Source of the DNA: a virus
Lineage: Duplodnaviria; Caudoviricetes
Virus record (IMG/VR): IMGVR_UViG_3300020577_006271
Span: 1 to 64,000 of that record
Strand: one strand, 5' to 3'
DNA length: 64,000 nucleotides
Shown: piece after piece, positions 48,965 through 58,235 of the stretch
How positions within the stretch are numbered: the first letter of the stretch is position 1
How the letters are laid out: each line of letters starts with the position of its first letter
Position numbers and translations under genes: made by a program
Notes under the pieces: generated by a model
What the model was told of the DNA's origin: nothing
What the model saw: only the letters and a program-made list of their open reading frames with translations
Databases searched by the model: none

Positions 48965-49026
48965 CAAATATACATACAAATTTTAAATCGTCAAAATTAA
49001 ATTCAATTATTAACATTAAATTAACA
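48965..49026 (-). promoter_or_regulatory. Class I promoter: -7 TATATTTG plus box
   Basis: caaatata 48965-48972; TTAACA 49010 and 49021. Confidence 0.7.
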
Positions 49027-49035
49027 ATTAAGGTG

Positions 49036-49068
49036 AAAAAAGAGCCAATCGTTGTGAAAGGCTCTTTT
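49036..49068 (-). terminator. Intrinsic terminator after tail tube gene
   Basis: AAAAGAGCC...GGCTCTTTT hairpin with U tract on minus strand. Confidence 0.7.
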
Positions 49069-49092
49069 AATCTAATATAGTGCGATTATTGG

Positions 49093-49554
49093 TTAACCAA
49101 GTACTGCGTAATCATAACACAATTCAAGTTCTATTGTCTTTGCTTCATCTGTACTCCAGTCCATCTGTCCCCAGTTTGAGACTTTAATAAATGTACCATA
49201 CAAGGTCCAAGTTTCCACGGCTGAGATTTTTGGATCCATAGCCTGTAGAGTAATGTCTTTTTTGTATTCACTGAATGCAAATCCGTCTATTCCAGATTGG
49301 CTATCGTGATGAACTTTAATCCAATCGTGTACCGCTTTGGCTCCGGATGGATCTACTGGATCATACAAGGTAATACTTATATTCTGCCATCTAGACTTAG
49401 CTTTCACTTTAAAGTCTGTATTATTAAAATCGATATTAATCTGACCATTGTCCAAGTTAGGCATGGCTGCAGTTTTTATAATATACGATGGTATGCCAGC
49501 TATGGTCATCAAAAACCGAAACGATACTTTTGGTTCAAATGGTGTAAACATCAT
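49093..49554 (-). CDS. Tail tube protein (gp19-like)
   Basis: FEPK..RF, ITLYDP, YKKDI, ETWTL.G.F, L.YDYA. Confidence 0.9.
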   Translation of the reverse strand: MMFTPFEPKVSFRFLMTIAGIPSYIIKTAAMPNLDNGQINIDFNNTDFKVKAKSRWQNISITLYDPVDPSGAKAVHDWIKVHHDSQSGIDGFAFSEYKKDITLQAMDPKISAVETWTLYGTFIKVSNWGQMDWSTDEAKTIELELCYDYAVLG

Positions 49555-49583
49555 ATCAATTAATTCCTTTTATTATAAATAGT

Positions 49584-51995
49584 TTAATTTTGAGTTTTTA
49601 CTGTGTCAACTGGAAATACTGCCCCGGTTGGTAAAACATTAAAATCAACTATAATAAATTCTGCTGTTTTAGCAGGCTTTAAATAAATTTGTGCACGCAT
49701 TTCGTTTCTATCGACTACTTCAGGACTATTGTTTTTTTCATCTATAATAATTCTAAAGTCGTATAAACCCTGTTTTCTTCTACAATCTTCAAACCATGGA
49801 TTAGTGATATTTAAGAAATTATTTCGAGTTTCTATTGTATTTTGTTCAAATACTAAATATTTACTCGTTGCTGCTACATGTCGTTTTGCTGCGATTAATA
49901 ATCTTCTTACATTAATTCTATCTAATGCTGAACGTTTTTTCTGTAATGTTTTTTGACCCCAAACAACTACACCATTTCTAGGGAACGTTGCAATTGGATT
50001 AACAGATTTTTGATATAGATTATCTCGGTCGCCTTGTGTCATAATCCGTTCAGTTTGAATTGCTTGTTCCAATCCACCTCTGTTTAGACCTGCTGGCGCG
50101 AACCATTTTTGACCAAAATAGTCATTAAATGAAAACACCCCAGTCATAACAGCACTTGGTGGCAACCATACATTATCTCCTAAATTAGGATCAGTGAACT
50201 GAATCCATGGATAATACATACCTGCATAATTACTATTTCTTCCATCAGCTGCTCTTTGAGCATCACCTACATTCTTACCGTAAGGAACTGGGTCAACTAT
50301 GTAGAAACAGTCTCCTCTATCTTCAACCATTGATATCGCTCTGGTTATAATTTGTGCGTGTGATGGCAATAAATCAAATAAACCTGGAGTAACTAATAAG
50401 TCAAAATCAAATTGATCTTTATTGCTCATCATATCAATGGCGTCTAGATAATTGGTTTGACCATATTCAGCTCTGGCAACATTTAATCCTTGTGTATTGT
50501 ATTCCCAAATATTTTCATTCATTGCTTTTGGATTGGCAACATTTCCGTCAGAACCAAATGCTAATATTCCCAATAATGGAGTTTGAACAGTGGATGATAT
50601 AGTAGTTACCTTAGAGAATTTACTAATATCAGTCGATTCAATAATACCTAATGTAACTTTCGATGGCATCACACCAGCAGCAGTTGCAACAGCAGGAGTT
50701 GCTAATACCAACGTTGTATCATTAGTTATAGTCGCAATTGAATGCCATTCAGTTCCAAATTTAATTACATCGCCAACTTTCAATTCTGTTGTAAATAATG
50801 TATTTACTCCAGTTACAGCAGTTGAAGCAGCCGTAACACTAATTGTACCAGTTAATCCTGTGGTTGGTGTGGTATTAGTTACACCAGTAATATTAATTTT
50901 TCCAACATAAGTAGGAGTGAATGCTGCTGGCAAATGTTCAACATTGTTGAAGTCTCTGACGAAGCCATCTTCAGTTAAATAGTTAAGAGTTTTTCTGAAA
51001 ACGACCACTCTAACGTATCTAGATTTGTTTGGATAGTTTCCTTTTAATTGTAAATAAGGCACACCACTTGAATCAGCTTGTAATGCGTAATATTGAGTAC
51101 CAATTACTTTTTCAATATAGTTTGGTTGAGTTGGGTCTAGTGTAACTCCACTGAAACTTTCTAGGATAAATCTTCTTTGGCTGGAGTCATCACCACGTCT
51201 AATGTTAAGATCGAATGTACCTCTTAATGGATCTACATTTGTAACTTCCCATCTAATATTGTACGGTGTTCCTTCACGTAAGATATCTAAATCTTCCATA
51301 TCCCCATTTGGATTATCCTGAGCATCATAAACGCTCGTTTTACCATTCAGTGCTGAAATTTTAGTTCCCGAATTTGTTGAATCTCCATCTGACAACGCGA
51401 CTAATTGGAATGACATTTGTGATTTCGCGGCATCAAATGATGTCTGCCAAGCACTATTATAAGCTGAATCAATTAAATCATTAATAGCCGCAAATTCTGC
51501 TTCAGTTAGTGCATTATTAGTAGATGTATTATCTACCATGCTATCATAATCAGCTCTTAAATATGAGGTTGAATTAGCTGCATTAAAATCTGCAATTGCA
51601 TCATCAATATAATCTTCACGATTCATTAATGTTGGTAATGTGATTGCAGCACCAGAAGCAGATTTAGCTAATACATTACTTTTTGCTGGGGCAAACCTAT
51701 TACCCAATATTCTAACAACTGTAGCAACTTCTCCATATCGTAAATATTCTTCTACTGCGTATGATGTCAGATATTTAAACTCTCTTTCTTCAATTCCTGA
51801 TCCAGATGTAAATACATCTCCGAACCATCTAAGATATTCTGAATATGATGATACTGGAGTCGGTACCATCGCTGGACCTCGCATTGTTGGTCCGATAACG
51901 GCCATGCCCACTGCTGGTGAAACAAGTGGATAGAATGATAAATCTATTTCACGTGTGTAGACACCTGCGGACAAAAAGCTATTTTTTAATGCCAT
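49584..51995 (-). CDS. Tail sheath protein (gp18-like)
   Basis: SAGVYTREIDLS, YYPW, WFAPAG.NRG, GQKTLQ, RINVRRL, AEFI. Confidence 0.95.
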   Translation of the reverse strand: MALKNSFLSAGVYTREIDLSFYPLVSPAVGMAVIGPTMRGPAMVPTPVSSYSEYLRWFGDVFTSGSGIEEREFKYLTSYAVEEYLRYGEVATVVRILGNRFAPAKSNVLAKSASGAAITLPTLMNREDYIDDAIADFNAANSTSYLRADYDSMVDNTSTNNALTEAEFAAINDLIDSAYNSAWQTSFDAAKSQMSFQLVALSDGDSTNSGTKISALNGKTSVYDAQDNPNGDMEDLDILREGTPYNIRWEVTNVDPLRGTFDLNIRRGDDSSQRRFILESFSGVTLDPTQPNYIEKVIGTQYYALQADSSGVPYLQLKGNYPNKSRYVRVVVFRKTLNYLTEDGFVRDFNNVEHLPAAFTPTYVGKINITGVTNTTPTTGLTGTISVTAASTAVTGVNTLFTTELKVGDVIKFGTEWHSIATITNDTTLVLATPAVATAAGVMPSKVTLGIIESTDISKFSKVTTISSTVQTPLLGILAFGSDGNVANPKAMNENIWEYNTQGLNVARAEYGQTNYLDAIDMMSNKDQFDFDLLVTPGLFDLLPSHAQIITRAISMVEDRGDCFYIVDPVPYGKNVGDAQRAADGRNSNYAGMYYPWIQFTDPNLGDNVWLPPSAVMTGVFSFNDYFGQKWFAPAGLNRGGLEQAIQTERIMTQGDRDNLYQKSVNPIATFPRNGVVVWGQKTLQKKRSALDRINVRRLLIAAKRHVAATSKYLVFEQNTIETRNNFLNITNPWFEDCRRKQGLYDFRIIIDEKNNSPEVVDRNEMRAQIYLKPAKTAEFIIVDFNVLPTGAVFPVDTVKTQN

Positions 51996-52070
51996 ATTTT
52001 TAATCCTTCAAATTTAATAAAATAAATAGTTAGAAGGCGTGGCAAACGTAGGTTTTATCAGTGGTAAATT

Positions 52071-52904
52071 TCAAGATAGGTCATCGGATAGCATGGTTGG
52101 AGTTATTTTTAATCCAGGCGGCCCAATGATTTTTGGTCTAGGCATGTAATCAACAGCAAAGTCTGGTTCGCCCCATTCATTTGTGAAATCAACTCGCTTG
52201 ATGGTATATGCTTTCTGAACATCTGCTTGGTTTGCTGTAAATTCATTTCTTAGCATACCATGAACCGTTAACGGTACCGTAGCTTTAATGACTCGGTCTT
52301 CACCTGAGTTATTTATTTGTTCGAATTGAAACTCTCCCACATCCGTCGAAAATTGAAAATTATCTCCCCAAAGGCTTTGATCATACGTTAATACCTGTTC
52401 AACAATTGTATTTAATTGACTCTGTTGGTGCGTCCATATCATTAATTCGTAGTTAACTATGACAGTGGTAGGTATGACCGAAATCAAATATTCATATGAT
52501 TCATTGGTATTATCAGTGCGAGATAAATTGTTGAACTTATCCGCTTTATTTTTTGGTGGTAAATATAATAATTTACCAGCAACATCCGAAAATTGAAACA
52601 TTTCATCTTCTAATAATGAAATGCGTTTAATAACAATTAATGGCGCCATTAATTTATTGTCAGAAGTTCTTAATAACGCTCCATATTTTTGTATTTGTGC
52701 CCACTTTTCTCCGGCGGCCATTATGACTGGGACTTCTATCATTTCATTATCGGATTCAATCCGAAGTTTCATACCATTTTGTAATTGCCAAAGAATAGCA
52801 TAATCAATATCGTAGATAGTGATGGCAGGAATTAACTTACTATCACTATTTTCATCTTTCCTGATTAAAGACTTGTTGATATCTTTGGATTCTCTGAATT
52901 GCAT
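52071..52904 (-). CDS. Tail terminator / sheath stabiliser (gp15-like)
   Basis: VPVI....EKW, P.I.IKR, Y.L.IWT....Q.N.IVEQ; position. Confidence 0.65.
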   Translation of the reverse strand: MQFRESKDINKSLIRKDENSDSKLIPAITIYDIDYAILWQLQNGMKLRIESDNEMIEVPVIMAAGEKWAQIQKYGALLRTSDNKLMAPLIVIKRISLLEDEMFQFSDVAGKLLYLPPKNKADKFNNLSRTDNTNESYEYLISVIPTTVIVNYELMIWTHQQSQLNTIVEQVLTYDQSLWGDNFQFSTDVGEFQFEQINNSGEDRVIKATVPLTVHGMLRNEFTANQADVQKAYTIKRVDFTNEWGEPDFAVDYMPRPKIIGPPGLKITPTMLSDDLS

Positions 52905-53188
52905 TATAATACGGTTCCGCCGCTAATGTCGTCAAGTATGCCGATTGCTTTTCTGAAATCCCAATAAGAATGCCTTGTCGATTTGTCCCAATCGGCTATG
53001 TCATATTGTCTCATTATTTCCAAAATTTTATCTATATATGGAGCCATCTTCTTAATCGAGCGTTGTATAATTCGAGTATCTTCAGGAGTCCAGCCTTCAA
53101 GAGTTTTTTTAGTTGAAGATTCGTTCAATTTTTTATTAACGATTGATTCAGTTAATTTTACTATTTTCTTAATTTGATCTCTTGTCAT
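52904..53188 (-). CDS. Putative internal head protein, long leader
   Basis: MTRDQIKKIVKLTESIVNKKLNES. Confidence 0.7.
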   Translation of the reverse strand: MTRDQIKKIVKLTESIVNKKLNESSTKKTLEGWTPEDTRIIQRSIKKMAPYIDKILEIMRQYDIADWDKSTRHSYWDFRKAIGILDDISGGTVL

Positions 53189-53189
53189 A

Positions 53190-53528
53190 TCATTTATCCT
53201 TATTTTTTATGCCCTTCTTCAAGGAGCGAATTACCCAACGTAAAGTTTCAATGATATCATAATCGTCAAACTTTAATTTTTCTGAATGAAATTTATTTCC
53301 GTCGAGTGGTTCGGTATATTTAATGGTAATATCTGTTTTACCAATTGTTATTGGCTTAAACTCATAAACAGATTCCCATGTACCATTCGGTTCAATTGCA
53401 TACCATTCATCTTTAATGGATTGATCAATCAACGTGTTTGCTTCGTCAACCAATTTTTTAACTTGGAACGGTATATTAGTTCCTCCAGTAGCTTCGTTTA
53501 ATTGAAATATGTCTTTAAATTTTATCAT
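53190..53528 (-). CDS. Putative internal head protein
   Basis: MIKFKDIFQLNEA. Confidence 0.7.
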   Translation of the reverse strand: MIKFKDIFQLNEATGGTNIPFQVKKLVDEANTLIDQSIKDEWYAIEPNGTWESVYEFKPITIGKTDITIKYTEPLDGNKFHSEKLKFDDYDIIETLRWVIRSLKKGIKNKDK

Positions 53529-53540
53529 TTTAATCCTTAT

Positions 53541-53747
53541 TTATCGTATCCTAGGTTCAATATAATCTAACGCTTCAAGGGCATCGCGTTTAGTATATAT
53601 TTGACGTCCAGTTTTTTCTTGAGCTAAATTAATTAATTTTTGCAGGGCCACTTTATATTCAGTTCCCGCTTTCCTTTTTTGCATAATTGATAGCAAATTA
53701 TCAATTTCTGAATTAGACTCATTTAATATATCTTTAAATTTTATCAT
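53541..53747 (-). CDS. Putative internal head protein
   Basis: MIKFKDILNES. Confidence 0.7.
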   Translation of the reverse strand: MIKFKDILNESNSEIDNLLSIMQKRKAGTEYKVALQKLINLAQEKTGRQIYTKRDALEALDYIEPRIR

Positions 53748-53793
53748 TATATTGCTGCCTTTATTGATGAAAGAAATCTTGTTTTAAATAATT

Positions 53794-54192
53794 CTACAAT
53801 TTGGTTTGTCTAATTATTGAATCGGGTATTATTAATCTAGGAAATTCTTTCCTATCAAACCATTTAAAATTTAAATTGAATTTGGTATTTAATAGGTTTT
53901 CAATCGGTTCTATAAATGATTCTAAATCATTAGGTATATTTCTACGATTGATAAAATATATTTCTACCGCATTCCATGCATCTTTAGTTGCGTAAACTTT
54001 ATAATCACCAGCGGATGTAATTTTTCGTTGAGTTTTACCATCGGTTCCTCTGATTATAGTTGGGGCCGCCCTTTCTATATAACCCCCTTTTAAATCAGTC
54101 GTTGACATATATTTTTCAATCAACCTTTTAATTTGTTGTTGAACTCGAATCACATCATTTGATTCTAATAATATATCTTTAAATTTTATCAT
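53794..54192 (-). CDS. Putative internal head protein
   Basis: MIKFKDILLES. Confidence 0.7.
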   Translation of the reverse strand: MIKFKDILLESNDVIRVQQQIKRLIEKYMSTTDLKGGYIERAAPTIIRGTDGKTQRKITSAGDYKVYATKDAWNAVEIYFINRRNIPNDLESFIEPIENLLNTKFNLNFKWFDRKEFPRLIIPDSIIRQTKL

Positions 54193-54204
54193 TTTTTTTC
54201 CTGT

Positions 54205-55299
54205 TTATACTGCTGCGCTCAATGCTGTTAAAAATCGGGTTTTGAATAATTCAGATATTTGGCCTGTCTTTTGTAATTCGTTTGCCAATTGACTTATTTG
54301 ATCTGCTGTGCCATTGGGGTTGGCTTTCTTTGCCTGGTATAAAAATTGCTTGGCCATTCCTGCAAACGAATTACCTAGAAATTCAATCATATCTAATTTC
54401 CAAGCTGGATCAACACCTTGTACAACTGGTGCTGCTGGTGCAGGTGCTGTTACTGGTGCAGGTGCTGCTAATGGAGCTTCATTTATTTTTTTTGATTCTG
54501 TTAGATTTCTTCCGTTGATAGATATAATATCCAGATCGCTTGATTTTTTATCATCCCATTTACCTTGGTTAGTTAATATGTATTCTTGTTTATGAAAAGA
54601 TGATTTTAATCCACGTTGATTCATATCACGCACACTATACTCTTCTTCAACATATATCGAACGTATTGGGTTAGTATGGTCAAGTTTAACAACCTTTAAT
54701 ACATCTCCATTTCTAATAGTAACGCTGTCACCAACCTTTAGTTTTTTTGATATGTCGATTTTTTTAGATTCATTTACCGTATAAGTTTGCCTAAAACCAT
54801 TTTTATCCATCGGATGACCTAAGGTAACTTCATCAGTTTCTCCATCATCAGATTTTAGAAATAACTCCTGATATGATCCGTAATTTTTAAAATCGGTTAC
54901 CTTGAATTTCTTTTTATCCAATTTACGATAAACGAATGTGTTTTTCCAGCCGCCATCAACAGATTCACCTAAATTAGGATTGAACACATCTGAACCTGGA
55001 TGATATTTATCAATTAACCTGTCAATTATTTGTTCAAGTTTAACGCCAGCAGATTTTGCATCCGTTCTAAGTTGACCTAATATTAATTTGAAATTATTTT
55101 GATCTATTGTTCCAGCTCTTTTTGCCGATGCTAATTGATTGATGAAATTTTTCTGGGTCATCGTTCCAGATATTACATCTCCGATTGCAAAGATTGCTTC
55201 TCTTTTATTTTGGAATGGTGCAACTGTTGATTCATTCAATTTTTTATTGATTGTCGTCTCAACTAATCTAACAATTTCTCTTAAACTATTTTTATTCAT
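54205..55299 (-). CDS. Putative internal head polyprotein
   Basis: Start MNKNSLREIVRLVETTINKKLNES at 55299; internal LGES, VNES, LTES, INEA. Confidence 0.65.
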   Translation of the reverse strand: MNKNSLREIVRLVETTINKKLNESTVAPFQNKREAIFAIGDVISGTMTQKNFINQLASAKRAGTIDQNNFKLILGQLRTDAKSAGVKLEQIIDRLIDKYHPGSDVFNPNLGESVDGGWKNTFVYRKLDKKKFKVTDFKNYGSYQELFLKSDDGETDEVTLGHPMDKNGFRQTYTVNESKKIDISKKLKVGDSVTIRNGDVLKVVKLDHTNPIRSIYVEEEYSVRDMNQRGLKSSFHKQEYILTNQGKWDDKKSSDLDIISINGRNLTESKKINEAPLAAPAPVTAPAPAAPVVQGVDPAWKLDMIEFLGNSFAGMAKQFLYQAKKANPNGTADQISQLANELQKTGQISELFKTRFLTALSAAV

Positions 55300-55400
55300 T
55301 TTATTTTCCTTTAATGTTTTAAATTGCAATTTACCTGCTACAAAATCGCCATTTTCTTTTTTAAAATAATGATGCCATTCACCAGGATCATTTTCCTGAG

Positions 55401-55574
55401 TCAAACATCTAACAAATCCATTACTGACATATACACATTCTTCGGGTTATCTCCAACTAATATGTCAAAGGCATTATTAGTATCAATACCTTTTTCAGCT
55501 AAATAATCTTCTATTTCAGAAAATTGAATTTTATTTATATTAGTTCCCCGGATGTTATATTGTTGACTTTTCAT
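55401..55574 (-). CDS. 57-aa ORF (MKSQQYNIRG...), possibly frameshifted
   Basis: ATGA overlap with neck gene stop; translated by hand. Confidence 0.4.
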   Translation of the reverse strand: MKSQQYNIRGTNINKIQFSEIEDYLAEKGIDTNNAFDILVGDNPKNVYMSVMDLLDV

Positions 55575-56725
55575 TTAATATATATTTTCATTGGCACTGC
55601 TGACAGTTGTGTCATCAACGCATCCGTTTGCTCAGTACGTTTGGCCATCTGAGCTTGATATCCTAAAGCATCTAATAATTCTTTTAATTCAGTGGTCATA
55701 GTTTCTTGTTCTGTTTTTCCCTGCTCAACCAACATATCACCATTTAATGTAATTTCAGTATCTGGTATTGGTAAGGTCGAATATTTGTTTCTTATCAATC
55801 CCAACATTATCTTAGCTGATGCTAAAGCATATCGGCGAATCCAATGTTTAGAAATGGAATTTAACCTAGAATAACTTACAACTTCATATGGTATATTACT
55901 AATATCCGAAATTATATGATTTAAACCGCCTAGGGCTGATTCTGTTAGACTTTCTAAGTCTTCACTATCCAAAGTATAATTAAACCATAATTTGCCAACA
56001 GATTGAGGGATAGGGAATATTTGGAATCTGCTACCAGTCAATTTAAATGAATATCCAGATTTAAGTATTTCATCTTGTAACTCTATGGCTTGCATTAACT
56101 GAACAGAATAGTTTAATGGCATTAACACCATTTCACCTTGACCTACTCCAAATTCGGCATCGAAATCTTGTAGACCCATACCACGGCCGTATATTCGCTT
56201 GCTGGCAGGAACTCTGTTATGAAAGATTTTTTTAATTGTGAATTTATCAGTGGACGCATCTCCCATTTCTAAGTCGGTGTCGACATCACTTGTTAAATCA
56301 TAAACCTGCCTGCCAGGCTCTAAATTAATTGATCCAGAATACCAATTTTGTTTTCCACCCGATGGACCTGCAATACCATATTGTTCAGATAATTTAAAAA
56401 TACCTTTCAATGTTGGTTTAACATATTGTCCAGTCAAATTAATATCAACGGACGACCCTTGCAAATCTAATAAAGTATCCTTTGCTTGAGCTGAATTTAA
56501 AAGCTCACAATAATATAGTATAGATTCTTCATATGCTGCATAAAAGTTAATATCAATTAATTCCACATCTACAATTGGATAACCTAAAGATGTTGCCGCC
56601 CATTTAGCAAATTTATCAATATCCTTACGAAAATTCGAATCGCTATCAAAGTAGCCATATGGAGTTTTTCCAACAGCAAAAGTAGATTGGCCAGGCCATG
56701 TATTAACAATTGGTTCTTGTGCCAT
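55571..56725 (-). CDS. Neck protein (gp13-like head-tail adaptor)
   Basis: LGYPIVDVEL, WIRRYALA..K.MLG.IR.KY...P.P...I.LNG. Confidence 0.8.
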   Translation of the reverse strand: MAQEPIVNTWPGQSTFAVGKTPYGYFDSDSNFRKDIDKFAKWAATSLGYPIVDVELIDINFYAAYEESILYYCELLNSAQAKDTLLDLQGSSVDINLTGQYVKPTLKGIFKLSEQYGIAGPSGGKQNWYSGSINLEPGRQVYDLTSDVDTDLEMGDASTDKFTIKKIFHNRVPASKRIYGRGMGLQDFDAEFGVGQGEMVLMPLNYSVQLMQAIELQDEILKSGYSFKLTGSRFQIFPIPQSVGKLWFNYTLDSEDLESLTESALGGLNHIISDISNIPYEVVSYSRLNSISKHWIRRYALASAKIMLGLIRNKYSTLPIPDTEITLNGDMLVEQGKTEQETMTTELKELLDALGYQAQMAKRTEQTDALMTQLSAVPMKIYIK

Positions 56726-57060
56726 TAAATATCTGTGACCTCATTATTGTTTACGATTAAATCATTTTTCAATGCTTGATATGCAGCTTTATATGGATTT
56801 CCTCCAGACGTATAATCATATGGGAATATAAATCCAATTCTAGTTAATGGACGAACATTTTGTTGGCGTGCTTCCTGTGATGCATATATAAAAGCAAAGG
56901 CAGCACATTCAACAGTTGGAGTGAATTCAATAATTGTTCTATCCGATAATTCCTTTTCAGTTTCCATATCAGATATAGAAATCGTTATCTTTTGAATCCT
57001 AGCATATACGTCTTGGAATTCTTGATCCTGAAATGTGTATGATTTTAATTTTAGTGCCAT
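56725..57060 (-). CDS. Hypothetical late protein
   Basis: Preceded by AACTATTTAT (57072-57081). Confidence 0.65.
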   Translation of the reverse strand: MALKLKSYTFQDQEFQDVYARIQKITISISDMETEKELSDRTIIEFTPTVECAAFAFIYASQEARQQNVRPLTRIGFIFPYDYTSGGNPYKAAYQALKNDLIVNNNEVTDI

Positions 57061-57081
57061 AAGTTTTATTAATAAATAGTT

Positions 57082-57312
57082 TCAAAAAACTTTTATCAAC
57101 GAACTTTGGATTTCAGATAATTGTTTGAATTTAAGCTTATAAATTTGTCCAAATTTATTATCATCTTGACTGTCTAATATTGAATCGATTTTAATATCAA
57201 TTCCGTGCTCATCCTCATCAATAATAATAGCAGAAAAACAATGGTGAAACTTATCCAACATAAATTTATTTGGATCTACATTTGCCAATCGGTACTTTCC
57301 TAAATATTTCAT
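57082..57312 (-). CDS. Hypothetical protein
   Basis: Own TTTG...TATATTTG promoter at 57329-57359. Confidence 0.6.
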   Translation of the reverse strand: MKYLGKYRLANVDPNKFMLDKFHHCFSAIIIDEDEHGIDIKIDSILDSQDDNKFGQIYKLKFKQLSEIQSSLIKVF

Positions 57313-57363
57313 TTTAATATATTTTCAACAAATATACAACATTATTTTTATATTACAAAAAAT

Positions 57364-57855
57364 TTATTGAAATGAAACTGATTTTAATTCAGTTGGCGAT
57401 TGGTTTACAGTTACGACTGAGTCTTGTGTTTTTTTCAAAGTCATAAAATAATTTGCTTCTCCGGCAGTTGTTGTGAATCTAAAATATTGTCCGGCTGGAA
57501 TAATATAGATAAGGTTGTGTTTTAACACATGCCCAGTAACGTTTTCAATTATGTGACCTGATTTCAATTGAATATAAATATCGAAATCGGCAATGGCCGT
57601 TATTCCTTTATTGCTGTCATCAGTTACATGCACATCATAATTAATTATCGATTCATTTGTAGGTAAAAACAAACGATGAACAGTTTGATTGCCGATTGTC
57701 ATGACTGTGTTAATTGGTTGCACATCCAGTATATCATATTGCAAATCTAAAGTGTGTTCATATTTCGAATGGCTTTGTAAAGCATACTGACCATTTGCCC
57801 ATTCAATGAACACTTTGAAGAAATTTTCTTTTAAGTTATCTAGCATTTTGTTCAT
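57364..57855 (-). CDS. Hypothetical late protein
   Basis: ATGA overlap. Confidence 0.6.
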   Translation of the reverse strand: MNKMLDNLKENFFKVFIEWANGQYALQSHSKYEHTLDLQYDILDVQPINTVMTIGNQTVHRLFLPTNESIINYDVHVTDDSNKGITAIADFDIYIQLKSGHIIENVTGHVLKHNLIYIIPAGQYFRFTTTAGEANYFMTLKKTQDSVVTVNQSPTELKSVSFQ

Positions 57856-58235
57856 TGTATATTCCCCGGAATAGATTCATTATTTAATTTGTCTATAATT
57901 ATATTCAACTTATGAATTTCATTTTTCTGAGTTGTTATAATTTCATCTTTTTGGCGAAGTTCGTTTTGAAGACTATCGACAATTGTTGCAAATTCAGTTC
58001 TCTGTGCAAGTGTTTTTTCCGTCATTTTCGTAACGAAAGCATTTAAGTTTTCAATCGTTTCAATTGACGACTGTGAAATTCTTTTAACCGTATCATGTTC
58101 CGTGCCAGTGACTTCAACTTCACCAAGACGTTTCTTGAATTTATTAAAAATAATAGCGGTAAAAGCTCCAAAAATAGCTGTTATCGCCGGTACAATAAAA
58201 TTAAAGTACTCGGACCATTTAGTTATGTCAATCAT
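57852..58235 (-). CDS. Membrane protein with coiled coil (holin/lysis-accessory candidate)
   Basis: Single N-terminal TM helix then coiled coil; AACTATTTAT at 58281. Confidence 0.45.
   Translation of the reverse strand: MIDITKWSEYFNFIVPAITAIFGAFTAIIFNKFKKRLGEVEVTGTEHDTVKRISQSSIETIENLNAFVTKMTEKTLAQRTEFATIVDSLQNELRQKDEIITTQKNEIHKLNIIIDKLNNESIPGNIQ

Noticed and set aside
49574-49581. T4 late promoter TATAAATA on the plus strand
   Set aside because: Points away from the structural genes; treated as the reverse motif instead
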